DNA of 64,000 nt, taken from an uncultured Chloroflexia bacterium (lineage in GTDB: Bacteria > Chloroflexota > Limnocylindria > Limnocylindrales > CSP1-4). How positions within the stretch are numbered: the first letter of the stretch is position 1; each line of letters opens with the position of its first letter. Below the pieces are notes generated by a model that searched no databases, was not told where the DNA came from, and saw nothing but the letters and a program-made list of their open reading frames with translations. The stretch covers positions 176,650 through 240,649 of the forward strand of contig CAVVNQ010000006.1 of the NCBI GenBank assembly GCA_963749705.1, in the 5' to 3' direction. This document shows, piece after piece, positions 10,701 through 21,130 of this stretch. The translations under genes were made by a program, and so were the position numbers.

Positions 10701-11573
10701 TCACTGCACCTCCCCGATGCCCGGGCCGGATCGTGGGTCGAGCCGGTCGAAGATGTTCTGGAGGTGATCACGGCTCTGCGCCATGACCTCCCGCGCCGGC
10801 GGGAGGTTGGCCAGATCCCAGCGGCGCTCATATTCGAGCGAGAGGAACCCGGAGTAGCCGCCAGCATCAAGTTCGGCGGCAATATCGGTCCAGTCCACCG
10901 CCCCGGCTCCGATGGGAACGGCCCGCGGAGTGCCCTCAACGAAGACGAAGTCCTTGGCATGAACGTGCCGCACGTACGCGGCCTGAAGTGCAAATCCAGT
11001 CGCGGCTGACGGATCGTTGACCAAGATCAAGTTCGCCGGGTCGAAGATCACCCCAAATACCGGATCCTCGAGCGCTTCGAGAATCGCCAGCGTGCTCCCG
11101 ACCGAGTCAGCAAGTGTGCCTTCATGGTTCTCGATGTTCAGACTTACTCGCGCAGATTTAGCCTCCGCGGCAACAGCAGCGAGAGAGTCAAGCAGCTTCC
11201 CGACACGCGCGCGGCCAGTCTCGGCGGAGCGTCCCGCGAGGATCCTGACGCCCGAGCAGCTCAGTTCGTGCGCCATGCCGATGACGCGTCTGAGCTGATC
11301 GACGGCGGCAATTCGCACTCCCTCGTCGGCAGCGTTGAGCCCATATGTGTATGGCGTCAGCCCTGCAATCACCAGACCAGCATCAAGCGACATCCGAGCA
11401 ACTCTGCGAAGCTGCCCGGGCGATGCACGGTGGCTAATGCCACACTGATAACCGTCATCAACGATTACTTCGATCCCGTCGAGATCCAGTTCGCGAAACA
11501 GACGGATTGCCGACTCTAGGTCGAGTTCGGGTGTTCCTAGCGTATGGCCACAGAACCGAATCGACCTACTCAC
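10701..11573 (-). CDS. Sugar-phosphate isomerase/epimerase (xylose-isomerase-like TIM barrel)
   Basis: IENH, FDPAN, HVHAKD, LSLEYE metal ligands; GTG 11573 with GGAG RBS. Confidence 0.88.
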   Translation of the reverse strand: MSRSIRFCGHTLGTPELDLESAIRLFRELDLDGIEVIVDDGYQCGISHRASPGQLRRVARMSLDAGLVIAGLTPYTYGLNAADEGVRIAAVDQLRRVIGMAHELSCSGVRILAGRSAETGRARVGKLLDSLAAVAAEAKSARVSLNIENHEGTLADSVGSTLAILEALEDPVFGVIFDPANLILVNDPSAATGFALQAAYVRHVHAKDFVFVEGTPRAVPIGAGAVDWTDIAAELDAGGYSGFLSLEYERRWDLANLPPAREVMAQSRDHLQNIFDRLDPRSGPGIGEVQ

Positions 11574-11954
11574 TAGACTCCAGGGATGCAAGGCAATAGA
11601 TGACCGGAACATCTGGCGATTGACAGTCAGCAGATCGTTCCAGGCCCCGCGGATGACATCCTCGACGAGTCGTGACCGTCAGCAGAATGTAATCTTACCA
11701 TTCAACGGTGAACAGCACCTATCGGTTGTCGTCCGACACGACGCCGACCGCAATCTTGTCGCGCACCGCAAGCCGGTGGCCGTCGACAGACAGGCCGATC
11801 GCTCCACCGATGCTCAGCACGAACTGATCCGTCAGTGGGGCGCGAGCACCCATACCGCGGCGGTCGAGTCAGCCCGCGCGCCAAGGGGGCCGCTGCCGTC
11901 GCCTTCGCCGGCTTGATGGCCCAGCCACTGCAGACAGACCGGGCTGAATGCGTC

Positions 11955-12199
11955 TGAACCGTACTGTGCGATGGAGGCTCCCTTCCTTGGAGGAAGTTTG
12001 AGCCATGGCAGAACACCTCACGTCCCGCCCTGCCCTGCGGCGGTATCCTCCAGAGTTGAAGGAGCGAGCCGTCCGGCTGGTCGCCGAGACGGCCGCCGAG
12101 CACGGCGAGCGCCACGGCGCGGTCGGCCTCGAGGCGAGACGGCTCGGCATCGGCCTCGAGTCCCTCCGCCTGAGCGCCGGCGATGTCGATCCGTCGTGA
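11955..12199 (+). mobile_element. IS3-family left end with truncated orfA (12005-12199)
   Basis: IRL starts TGAACCG; RRYPPELKERAVRLV..ARRLGIGLESLR. Confidence 0.8.
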
Positions 12200-13516
12200 C
12201 GACGATCCACCGGTCCCCCAGGTCGGGCGCTCGCGCGGCTTCCTCGTGGCTGGACGTGTTCCGCCACGAGCGCCTGCCGTCGTGGGCGCTGGTGCGCCAT
12301 GAGATGGACCGCACCGAGATCGACGACATCGACGCGGCCGTGAACGCAGCGATGGGCCCGGTCCGCGATCGCCTGCCGCGCGGCGGCCGCGCGTGCGTCG
12401 CGCTCGGAAGCCGTGGGATCGACCAGATCGACGAGGTCGCCCGCGCCACCGTGGGCGCGCTCCGTGCCGCCGGCCTCGAGGTGTTTGCCGTGCCCGCGAT
12501 GGGCAGCCATGGGGGCGCGACCGCGGACGGTCAGCGCGGCGGTGCTCGCATCGCTGGGGATCCGCGAGGACACCATCGGCTGCGAGATCCGCTCGAGCAT
12601 GGAGACCGTGGAGATCGGCGACGTCCACGGCGTGCCCGTGTTCGTGGATCGCGAGGCGCTCTCGGGCGCCGACGTGATCATCCCGATCAACCGGGTGAAG
12701 CCCCACACGGACTTCTCGGGACCCATCGAGAGCGGGCTGCTCAAGATGATCGCGATCGGCCTCGGCAAGCAGCGCGGTGCCGACACGTTCCATCGCGAAG
12801 GGTTCTCGACGTTCGCGGAGCTGATCCCCGCGGTCGCCGCCCACACGCTCGCCGCGGCACCGATCCCGTTCGGCCTGGCGCTGATCGAGAACGGCTTCGC
12901 GCGCCTCCGGCGGATCGAGGCAGTCCCGGCTGCCGGCATGTACGAGCGCGAGCAGGCGCTGCTCGCCGAGGCCGACGGGTACCTCGCGCGGCTGCCGATC
13001 GCGGCTCTCGACGTGCTGATCCTGGACCGGATCGGCAAGGACGTCAGCGGGCTGGGCATGGACTCCAACGTCGTGGGGCGCTACTACACGGGCCCGACCG
13101 GGCGGGACCCGCTCATCCAGCGGATCGTCGTGCGCGACCTGACCGATGCAACCGAGGGCAACGCCGTGGGCATCGGGATGGCCGACGTCGTGCTCCGGCG
13201 GGCCGTCGACCGCATGGACGCCGCCAAGACGTACATGAACTGCGTCACGGCCAAGACACCCGAGGGCGGGCGCATGGCGCTGACGGTTGACACCGACGGG
13301 GAGGCACTGGACGTGGCAATCGCGTGCTGCCTCAAGGTGCAGGCGGAGATCGCGCGGATCGTCCGCATGCTGGACACGAAGCACCTGGAGTGGTTCTACG
13401 CGTCTGAGCCGCTGGTCGACGAGCTGCTGGCGACCGGGGCCTGCGAGCTGGCCGGCCCGTTGACGCCGATTAGATTCGACGCTGCCGGACGGTTCACGGA
13501 TGCGCTGCCGATCTGA
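12196..13516 (+). CDS. LarA-like (DUF2088/DUF362) racemase-domain protein, one frameshift at ~12538
   Basis: GSRGI, VPAMGSHGGATADGQ then AVLASLGI, NRVKPHTDF, ESGLLKMIAIGLGK, GKDVSGLGMD. Confidence 0.82.
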
Positions 13517-13699
13517 TGGCCCGCGGGCAACGAGCGACATCCGGACGGCGAGCCGCGCCCGGCCGCCGAGCGGGACCACCCGCTCCCTCGACCCCTTGCC
13601 TATGGCGCGATTACAGGCGGCGGTGAAGTGGTAGGATCGGCCTCGGGCACCGTGTTCGTGAATGTGGCACCTCCCACACCGAGGCAGCACTGCTTGAAG

Positions 13700-14016
13700 C
13701 GTGAACTCTCCACTATGGCGCCGACGTCCCCGGCGGCGGGGCGCTTGTGCTGCAACGCGGGGATTTCATTGCCAATGACCAGCACCAGTTCGTTCAGTTC
13801 CTTAAGTTGAGCGGCCTCGCCTCCATCACTCTCGGAATCGATGGCGCTTCACAGCACGTGTCTTTCGGCACTTCACTTTACACGTCCGAAACACTGACCG
13901 TTCAAAATTGGTCTTCGGACCCGACCAGCAACACCATCTACTTTGTCTCGACACCCGACCAGGAGTTTCCCGACACCATATTTTTTGAGGGATGCGCACC
14001 GTGGATGTCTCGTTGA
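13700..14016 (+). pseudogene. Fragment of a beta-rich surface/autotransporter-like protein
   Basis: GGGALVLQRG..LKLSGLASITLG..TLTVQNWS..IYF; lower-GC codon usage. Confidence 0.3.
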
Positions 14017-16011
14017 ATGCGCCGGGGCAGGAAGCCACTGCCGGACGTCAGGAGGCGGCAACCAACCGCCTAAGAGAGGTGGCCGCGGAAATCTCCGCGC
14101 GCGCCCTCCAAGACATCCACACTCTCGAAGACATGCAACGTGCCCGTCCTGAACTGCGCCGTCAGTTGCTCGACATGTTGGGACTTGATCCATTGCCGGA
14201 GCGGACACCGATGCAGGTCAAGATCACCGGCACATTGGACCGGCCACTCTACCGGATTGAGAAGATCGTCTTCCAGAGCCTGCCCGGCCTCTACGTGACC
14301 GGCAACTTCTATGTCCCCAGCGATGCGACTCAACCGTTGCCAACAATTCTGTATCTCTGCGGGCATAGACCGGATCCGCTGGGCGCCAAGGTTGGTTACC
14401 AGGACCGGGCGGCGTGGTTTGCCGCCCACGGTTTTGCCTGCCTAATTCTCGACACGCTCGAATTCGGCGAAGTGGCTGGCATCCACCACGGACTGCATGA
14501 TTTGAACATGTGGCACTGGCTCTCGCTGGGATACACGCCGGCGGGAACGGAAGTCTGGAACGCAATCCGGGCGCTGGATTACCTCGAGACGCGCCCGGAA
14601 GTGGATGCGGCCCGAATTGGACTGACCGGCATCTCCGGCGGCGGTGGGATTACCTGGTACACGGCCGCGGTGGATGACCGGGTCGCTGCGGCGGCACCGG
14701 TGTGCTCGACGATCACGTTCGGTACTCAGGCGAAACACTGGCGCGCCTTCGGGCAATGTGACTGCATCTACTATCACAACACCTATCAAATGGATTTCCC
14801 GGTGGTCGGCGCACTGATCGCGCCGCGGCCCCTGCTGATCCTGAGCGGCCGCCAGGACCCGGACTTCCCGCCCGACGGTTACCACGAAGTCTTCCGGCGG
14901 GCGAAGCGAGTCTTTGATCTGCAGGCCGGTGGAGATTCGGATCGCATCCGTGAAGTGGACGATGAGGTGGGCCACACCGACGCGCCGTTGTTCCTGCGGG
15001 AAGCGAGACAGTGGATGTGGCGCTGGTTGAAAGAGCGGCGGGGAACCCTTCCCGGAGGACGAGTTCGTGGCGCCTCGTGAAGAGTCGACGGATCTGGCGT
15101 GCCTGACCGAGCTGCCGTCCGACGCGATCAACTACAGCATTCACAATCAGCTCATCCCGCACGTGGAACCCACGATACCCAAATCACTGGCGTCGTGGCA
15201 GGTGCGTCGTGGCGAGCTCGTCGAGCAGCTGAAGGGAAGAGTCTTTCGCTGGTTTCGGTGGGAGCCCGTTCCATTTGCGACCGAGGCCTCCGACAACGGC
15301 GCCGGTTGGACGACCAGTTACGCCGACTACGAGGAAGTGACATTTCAAACGGAACCCGGCGTGCGCGTCCGCGCGCGCCTGCTTACCCCGAAGGATCGTT
15401 CCACGAAGACACCGCTGGTCGTTTACGTCAAGCGGCCGGGCGACTCCTCCTATTTCATGGACATGGATGAACTGCTGCCGCTGCTGGGCCGCTGCTCGGT
15501 GTTGATCCTGAACCCTCGCTTCACGGAGGAGATGATGAGTCCGGTCGAATATGCGGACATCCAGATGACGTCGGCGTGGACCGGGCGAACGATCGGCACC
15601 CAGCAGGTCTGGGACATCCTGCGGGCCGTCGATTGGGCCGTGGCAGAAAAGGGATTCGCTGGTGCTGCCATCTCCGTCTTCGGCAAGGATGACATGGGGA
15701 TCCTTGGACTGTATGCCGCGATAATGGATCATCGGATCAGCCAGGTGGTTCTGAGCAATCCCCCGGGTTCGCATTGGGACGGGCCGGCGTTGCTGAATGT
15801 GCTGCGGGTCACCGACGTCGCCGAAGTGGCGGGGGCGCTGGCCCCGCGGCGGCTGACATTCTTGAATCGGCCGCCGCCGGAGTTCGATTTGGCGAAACGG
15901 ATCTACACGCTGCAGGGTGCCGCTGATCAGTTCGTGCGGGCGGACAGTCTGGCTGATGCTCTGGAAGTCTGGAAGTTGCCGCTGTCGATCGGTGCCGCGG
16001 CGCAGCCATGA
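13992..16011 (+). CDS. Two-domain alpha/beta hydrolase (acetylxylan esterase/dienelactone hydrolase-like), split by a frameshift near 15035
   Basis: VTGNFYVP, LYLCGH, GISGGG nucleophile elbow, GQCDC, LIAPRPLL; second ORF continues in a shifted frame. Confidence 0.8.
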
Positions 16012-16313
16012 ATGCCCGTTGCGCTGAAATTCCGTGGACCGCCACCCGGAGGGCCGAGTTACACGGGGCGCCAATTGTCGGGTGCTAGGAACTTGTGACG
16101 GTATTTCGTGACTCACAGAACTCGTCCCTCCGATCGATCCGGCACATGGCTTCAGTTCACGTCTGGATTCTGGAGACGAGGCGGCCGGAGTTGAGGGTTC
16201 TGGAGTCGACGCGCGAGGCGCGGTGCTCGGCCCAAGTTGACCCGTCAAGCCCCGCTCTTGGAGATTGCCGCTGGCGAGGCGGCGGTGTGTGCGCTGGCGG
16301 GAGCGGCTAGAGC

Positions 16314-17093
16314 ATGTCCGTCCAGGTCGCCGTCGTCCAGCAGGATGGCAATCCTGGTCAGGTCGATGTCAATCGAGACAAGGCGCTCGGGTTCGCCCGT
16401 GAGGCTCTCCGTGAAGGAGCCGACATCATCGTCTTTCCCGAAGAGATGCTCATCGGCTACGTCGAGAACCTGCGCGAGCTCGCCGAACCGGTCAATGGTC
16501 CGACGACCCTGGCCTTTGCGAAGCTACTGGCCGGCTCATCGACCCTTGTGCTCTACGGACTCACCGAGCGCGACGACGATCGCTTCTACATTGCGGCCAC
16601 ACTCGTCGGAGCTGGCGGCGTCGTGGCCAACTATCGAAAGACTCACCTGTGGTGGAAGGCGTCTGGACTCCGTCATGAGCCGACCTTCTATACACCAGGT
16701 GAACACTTGGTCACCTTCGATCTTGGTGGCTACAAAGCAGGGATCATGATCTGCTACGACGGTGATTTTCCCGAGATGACCCGAGCCTATGCGAACCGTG
16801 GCTGCGAGATGCTTGTCTGGCCCAACAACCGTGGCGACCGTGGCCATGCCGAAGTCAAGCCACTCGCCGTGGCCAACTCCATGATCATCGCTGCCTCATG
16901 CGTCAATGGTCCTGATGAGACCGGCGAGATCTGTCGCGGTGGCAGCAACATCACCTCTTACGACGGCACGCTTCTCGCTGAGATCTGGGACGCCGAGGGT
17001 GTCATCTATGCCGAGGTGCACCCAGAAGAGGTGGCCGAACATCGCCGGCAGAACCCATCGATCAGCGGGCGGAGGCCTGAGTTGTATGGGTAG
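16314..17093 (+). CDS. Carbon-nitrogen hydrolase (nitrilase superfamily)
   Basis: FPEE, YRKTHL, ICYDGDFPE: Glu-Lys-Cys triad. Confidence 0.92.
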   Translation: MSVQVAVVQQDGNPGQVDVNRDKALGFAREALREGADIIVFPEEMLIGYVENLRELAEPVNGPTTLAFAKLLAGSSTLVLYGLTERDDDRFYIAATLVGAGGVVANYRKTHLWWKASGLRHEPTFYTPGEHLVTFDLGGYKAGIMICYDGDFPEMTRAYANRGCEMLVWPNNRGDRGHAEVKPLAVANSMIIAASCVNGPDETGEICRGGSNITSYDGTLLAEIWDAEGVIYAEVHPEEVAEHRRQNPSISGRRPELYG

Positions 17094-17125
17094 GGGTCAA
17101 GACCGCCGACCGCGGCCGTGGCGCA

Positions 17126-17926
17126 TCAGAAGCGGTTGAATCGCCAACCGCCGTCGATCGGAATGGTCGTCCCCGTTACCATCGCGAGGGCCGGACTGCA
17201 GAGGAGCCCGATCAGTTCCGCGACCTCGGCGCGAGTCACCAGGCGCCCGGCAGGCGTATGGGCAATGGCCCGTGACACGAAGGTAGGATCGAAGGCTTCG
17301 ATGTCGACGGCGCTCTCGGCAATCTGGCCGGGCGCCACCGCGTTGACGGTGATCTCCGGCCCTAGCTCGACAGCCAGTTCCTCCGTGAGTTGAATCATCG
17401 CGTTCTTCGCCAGCCCGTAGATCGAGTGGTTGCGCAGATAGGCGCTGCCAGCCGACAGGTTGACGATCCGGCCCCATCCCGCGGCGCGCATGCCCGGCGC
17501 CACCAGCTGTGTGGCCAACCACGCCGCCCGCACGTTGCTGTCCCAGATTCGGTCCCACTCGGACTCGGGTAGCTCGGCAAAGGGCTGCATCGAGAAGGGT
17601 CCGCTGTTGTTCACGAGGACGTCGATCCGACCTCCGAGTCGGTCGGTCGCCTCGTCGACGAGACGACGGACACTGTCACCCGTGCTGACGTCGCAACGGA
17701 CTGCCACATGCTCGGCCCCCGTCCGGTGCCGGAGCTCGGCGACGAGCGCAGCAGCGACCTCGCCCGATCGATGGTAGTTGACAGCGACCGTGGCGCCCAG
17801 TACGGCGAGACGCTCGATCACGCTGGCTCCGAGGTTCCGGGACGAGCTTGTCACGAGTGCCGTCCTGCCGGCCAGGAACCGATCAGCCGTCATTGACATC
17901 GCCTCACTTTCGTGTCCGCTCGTCAT
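17126..17926 (-). CDS. SDR oxidoreductase
   Basis: TSSSRNLG, NNSG, YGLAK, VNAVAPG, IDGG. Confidence 0.9.
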   Translation of the reverse strand: MTSGHESEAMSMTADRFLAGRTALVTSSSRNLGASVIERLAVLGATVAVNYHRSGEVAAALVAELRHRTGAEHVAVRCDVSTGDSVRRLVDEATDRLGGRIDVLVNNSGPFSMQPFAELPESEWDRIWDSNVRAAWLATQLVAPGMRAAGWGRIVNLSAGSAYLRNHSIYGLAKNAMIQLTEELAVELGPEITVNAVAPGQIAESAVDIEAFDPTFVSRAIAHTPAGRLVTRAEVAELIGLLCSPALAMVTGTTIPIDGGWRFNRF

Positions 17927-18016
17927 CCCAACCTGGGCAGGATCTCCCGCGCGGCGAGTTCCACGCGATCCGTGGCTCGGGCGGCAGCGAGCCGCGAGCC
18001 GCCGGCTCCGGCGTCG

Positions 18017-18331
18017 CTACTCGATCACCTCGCCGAAGACCGCGATCGACTCCCCAACGAACGACGACCACTCCCGGATGAATGCCTCAGTCGCCGGGCC
18101 GCCGTCGAGTTCCGCCCGATACGCCGCGACGTCAGTGACCTCCACGACCTCGAGGTAACCGTACGGCGGCGGGTCGCCATCGAGCGTTCCGTGGAGCCTA
18201 GTCACGACGTACCTGCGGATGCTCTTGAGGCTGCGCGCGAACGGGTAGTCCACCTCCCGGATCCAGCGTTCGTAGTCGGCCGCCGCCGTTCCTTCGCGGA
18301 GCCGGTTGAGAAAGAAGACGCGCTCAGCCAT
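18017..18331 (-). CDS. REDY-like/HapK (EthD-like dimeric alpha-beta barrel) protein
   Basis: LREG...ADYERWIREVDYP, PYGYLEVVEV. Confidence 0.75.
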   Translation of the reverse strand: MAERVFFLNRLREGTAAADYERWIREVDYPFARSLKSIRRYVVTRLHGTLDGDPPPYGYLEVVEVTDVAAYRAELDGGPATEAFIREWSSFVGESIAVFGEVIE

Positions 18332-20654
18332 GGCCCATCTCCCGCCCTCCCAGCTCGCCCGCTCGATCGCCGCCGAGCGCCTCGAGGACGCGCTCGGCGG
18401 TCAGCGGCAGCCGCTGGATCCGCACCCCCGTCGCATCGGCGACGGCGTTGGCGAGCACTGCCCCGGCGGGTATGACCGATGGCTCCCCGACACCCTTCGC
18501 CCCGTACGGGCCCTCGTTCGAGCCGGCCTCGACGAACAGTGCCTCGATGTTGGGCACGTCCATCGACGTGGGCATCTTGTAGTCCGTCAGATTCGGGTTA
18601 CGGACGATCCCGCCCTCGTACACGATCTCCTCGCTCAGGGCGTAGCCGATCCCCTGGGTGACACCGCCACGCGTCTGGCCGTTGATGCCCTCGGGGTTGA
18701 TCGCCCGGCCGACATCGTGCGTCGCCACGTACCGTTGTAGTCGGACCTCTCCCGTCACCGGATCGACCTCGACCTCGGCCGCGTGGCAGTAGAAGGTCGG
18801 CTCGCTGAATGCTGGGTAGAGCATCCCGTGGATGGTCGAGTCGTCGAACTCCGTCGGCGTTGCCAGGAAGCTGCCGCGACCGGTGATGTAGCCGCCCTTC
18901 CAGAGCGAGGCGAGCCCGACTTCCGCGAGCGTCATGCCTCGGTCGTGGTGGCTGCTGAGCTGAGCTCGTCCATCGACGAGCTCCAGCTCGGCCGCATCGC
19001 AACCGAGCTCGGCAGCGACGAACTCGAGGATCTGCTTCTTGCAGTCCTGGGCGGCGAGACGGGCGGCACTGCCCACGTTGTAGAGCGTACGGCTGCCCTG
19101 TGCCCCGAAGTCGTAGGGGGTGGCGTCCGTGTCCGAGGTTACGAGCACCAGGTCGCTCATCGACACGCCCATCTCCTCGGCGAGGATCTGGGCGACGCCG
19201 GCCTGGACGGCACCGGTCCCGATCTCGGTTGCGCCTGTGATCAGACCGATCGTGCCGTCCTCGTTCAGCTTGACGTAGGCGCTCGCAGAGCCCGTCGTCG
19301 TCGTCCACCAGCCGCAGGCAAGCCCCATCCCACGCCCCGGGCGACGGTCCCGGTCCCTGTAGCCAATCTGCTCGACCGTCGCCTTCATCGCTGCCTCGAG
19401 CCCGACATGCTGCAGCACCTGGCCGCTCGGCCCGAGATCGCCGTTGCGGACGATGTTCTGTAGCCGGAAGTCGAGCGGATCGATCCCGAGCGCGCCAGCG
19501 ACGATGTCCATCTGGGACTCGACACCGAACAGCGGCTGGGGACCGCCCGGCCCCCGGTATGCCCCGGCGTTGCAGCGGTTCGTGTAGACGGCATAGCCGT
19601 GCAGGTCGACGTTGTCGATCCGGTACGGTCCAGCAGCCATGAGAGTCGCCACCGATGCGATCACGCAGGAATCGCCGCCATAGGCCCCGGCGTTCAGATA
19701 GACGTTTGTCCGGCGCGCGACGATCGCGCCGTCGTTCATGACGCCCGTCTTGACCGTGACCCGGGCGGCCATTCGCGGAGCGGCCGCGATCATCTCCTCC
19801 TCCCGGGTCCAGATGAGCCGAACCGGACGGCCCGTGGCCAGGGCCAAGAGGGCGATGAAGTGCTCGCACCCCAGGTCCAGCTTGCCGCCGAATCCACCGC
19901 CGATGAGCGTGCTGCGGACACGGACCTTGTTGAGCGGCAGCTCCAAGACCTTTGCCAGGGTGGCGCGCAGGTTGAACGGGTTCTGCGTCGAACTCGACAC
20001 CGTCACCCGCCCGGCCGAGTCGACCCAGGCGACGCCAGCGCGCGGCTCGATGTAGCCCTGGTGGACCGAGTGGGTGATGAACGTATGCTCGAAGATGCGG
20101 TCGGCGCGCGCGAACCCCGCCACAATGTCGCCCCGGGTGATCTGAGCGTGGGCCGCCACGTTTCCATCGCGGCGCAGCGAGGGGTGGGCCCCGTACGAGG
20201 ACCACTCCGGGTGGACCAGCGGTGCTCCCTCGGCAAGCGCCTCTTCGATGTCGTTGAGGACGGGCAGTGGCTCGTACTCGACATCGATCAGCTTGAGCGC
20301 GTCCTGCGCGATCTGCTCGCTCGTGGCCGCAACGGCAGCGATCGCCTCGCCGTGGTAACGGACGCGATCACGCGCGAAGACGATCTCGTCCTCGACGGCT
20401 CCACCGTAGCGAACATCCGGGATCTCGGCGGCTGTGATGACTGCCCGGACGCCCGGCAGGGTCCGGGCGCGAGAGACATCGAGCCGGCGGATGAGCGCGT
20501 GCGGCACGGTGCTTCGGAAGATCCGCGCGTAGAGCATTCCCTGGATCTGCTGGTCGCCGCCGTAGAGGCCCTTTCCGGTCACCTTCTCGGTCGCGTCGAG
20601 GCGGATCGCGTTCGTCCCGATGAGGCTCGCCCGCTTTCGGGTCGCGATCGTCAT
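18324..20654 (-). CDS. Xanthine dehydrogenase-family molybdopterin-binding subunit
   Basis: KVTGKGLYGGD, HQGYIEP, GGGFGGK, AYRGPGGPQ, GAQGSR, AKGVGE. Confidence 0.93.
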   Translation of the reverse strand: MTIATRKRASLIGTNAIRLDATEKVTGKGLYGGDQQIQGMLYARIFRSTVPHALIRRLDVSRARTLPGVRAVITAAEIPDVRYGGAVEDEIVFARDRVRYHGEAIAAVAATSEQIAQDALKLIDVEYEPLPVLNDIEEALAEGAPLVHPEWSSYGAHPSLRRDGNVAAHAQITRGDIVAGFARADRIFEHTFITHSVHQGYIEPRAGVAWVDSAGRVTVSSSTQNPFNLRATLAKVLELPLNKVRVRSTLIGGGFGGKLDLGCEHFIALLALATGRPVRLIWTREEEMIAAAPRMAARVTVKTGVMNDGAIVARRTNVYLNAGAYGGDSCVIASVATLMAAGPYRIDNVDLHGYAVYTNRCNAGAYRGPGGPQPLFGVESQMDIVAGALGIDPLDFRLQNIVRNGDLGPSGQVLQHVGLEAAMKATVEQIGYRDRDRRPGRGMGLACGWWTTTTGSASAYVKLNEDGTIGLITGATEIGTGAVQAGVAQILAEEMGVSMSDLVLVTSDTDATPYDFGAQGSRTLYNVGSAARLAAQDCKKQILEFVAAELGCDAAELELVDGRAQLSSHHDRGMTLAEVGLASLWKGGYITGRGSFLATPTEFDDSTIHGMLYPAFSEPTFYCHAAEVEVDPVTGEVRLQRYVATHDVGRAINPEGINGQTRGGVTQGIGYALSEEIVYEGGIVRNPNLTDYKMPTSMDVPNIEALFVEAGSNEGPYGAKGVGEPSVIPAGAVLANAVADATGVRIQRLPLTAERVLEALGGDRAGELGGREMGHG

Positions 20655-21130
20655 CGTGCCGCCTCCATCGTCCGCGCTGCGTCGAGGATCGACTGGACAA
20701 TCGTCGTGTAACCCGTGCAGCGACACAGGTTGCCGGCGATGGCCTCGCGCACGTCAGTCTCCGTCGGGCTCGAGTTGACGCCCAGCAGGGCCACAGCCGA
20801 CATGATCATCCCGGGGGTGCAGATGCCGCACTGGGCTCCGTTGCCCCTGGCGAAGGCTGCCTGGACGGGATGGAGCTGCCCACCCGGGGTGGTCAAGCCC
20901 TCGATCGTCGTCACATTGCGACCGGCGGCCGTGGCTGCCAGGACGAGGCACGAGTCGACGGCTCGGCCGTCGACGAGCACGGTGCAGGCTCCGCACTCAC
21001 CCTCATCGCAGCCCTCCTTGGTGCCCGTCAACTGGAGGCGTTCACGGAGGACCCACAGGAGGCTGTCGTCCGGGTCGATCTCGATGGTGGTCGGCTCACC
21101 GTTGACGCTCAGGGAAAGCGAATGGCTCAT
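20651..21130 (-). CDS. (2Fe-2S) subunit, CoxS-like
   Basis: GCDEGECGACTV, QCGICTPG, NLCRCTGY. Confidence 0.95.
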   Translation of the reverse strand: MSHSLSLSVNGEPTTIEIDPDDSLLWVLRERLQLTGTKEGCDEGECGACTVLVDGRAVDSCLVLAATAAGRNVTTIEGLTTPGGQLHPVQAAFARGNGAQCGICTPGMIMSAVALLGVNSSPTETDVREAIAGNLCRCTGYTTIVQSILDAARTMEAAR

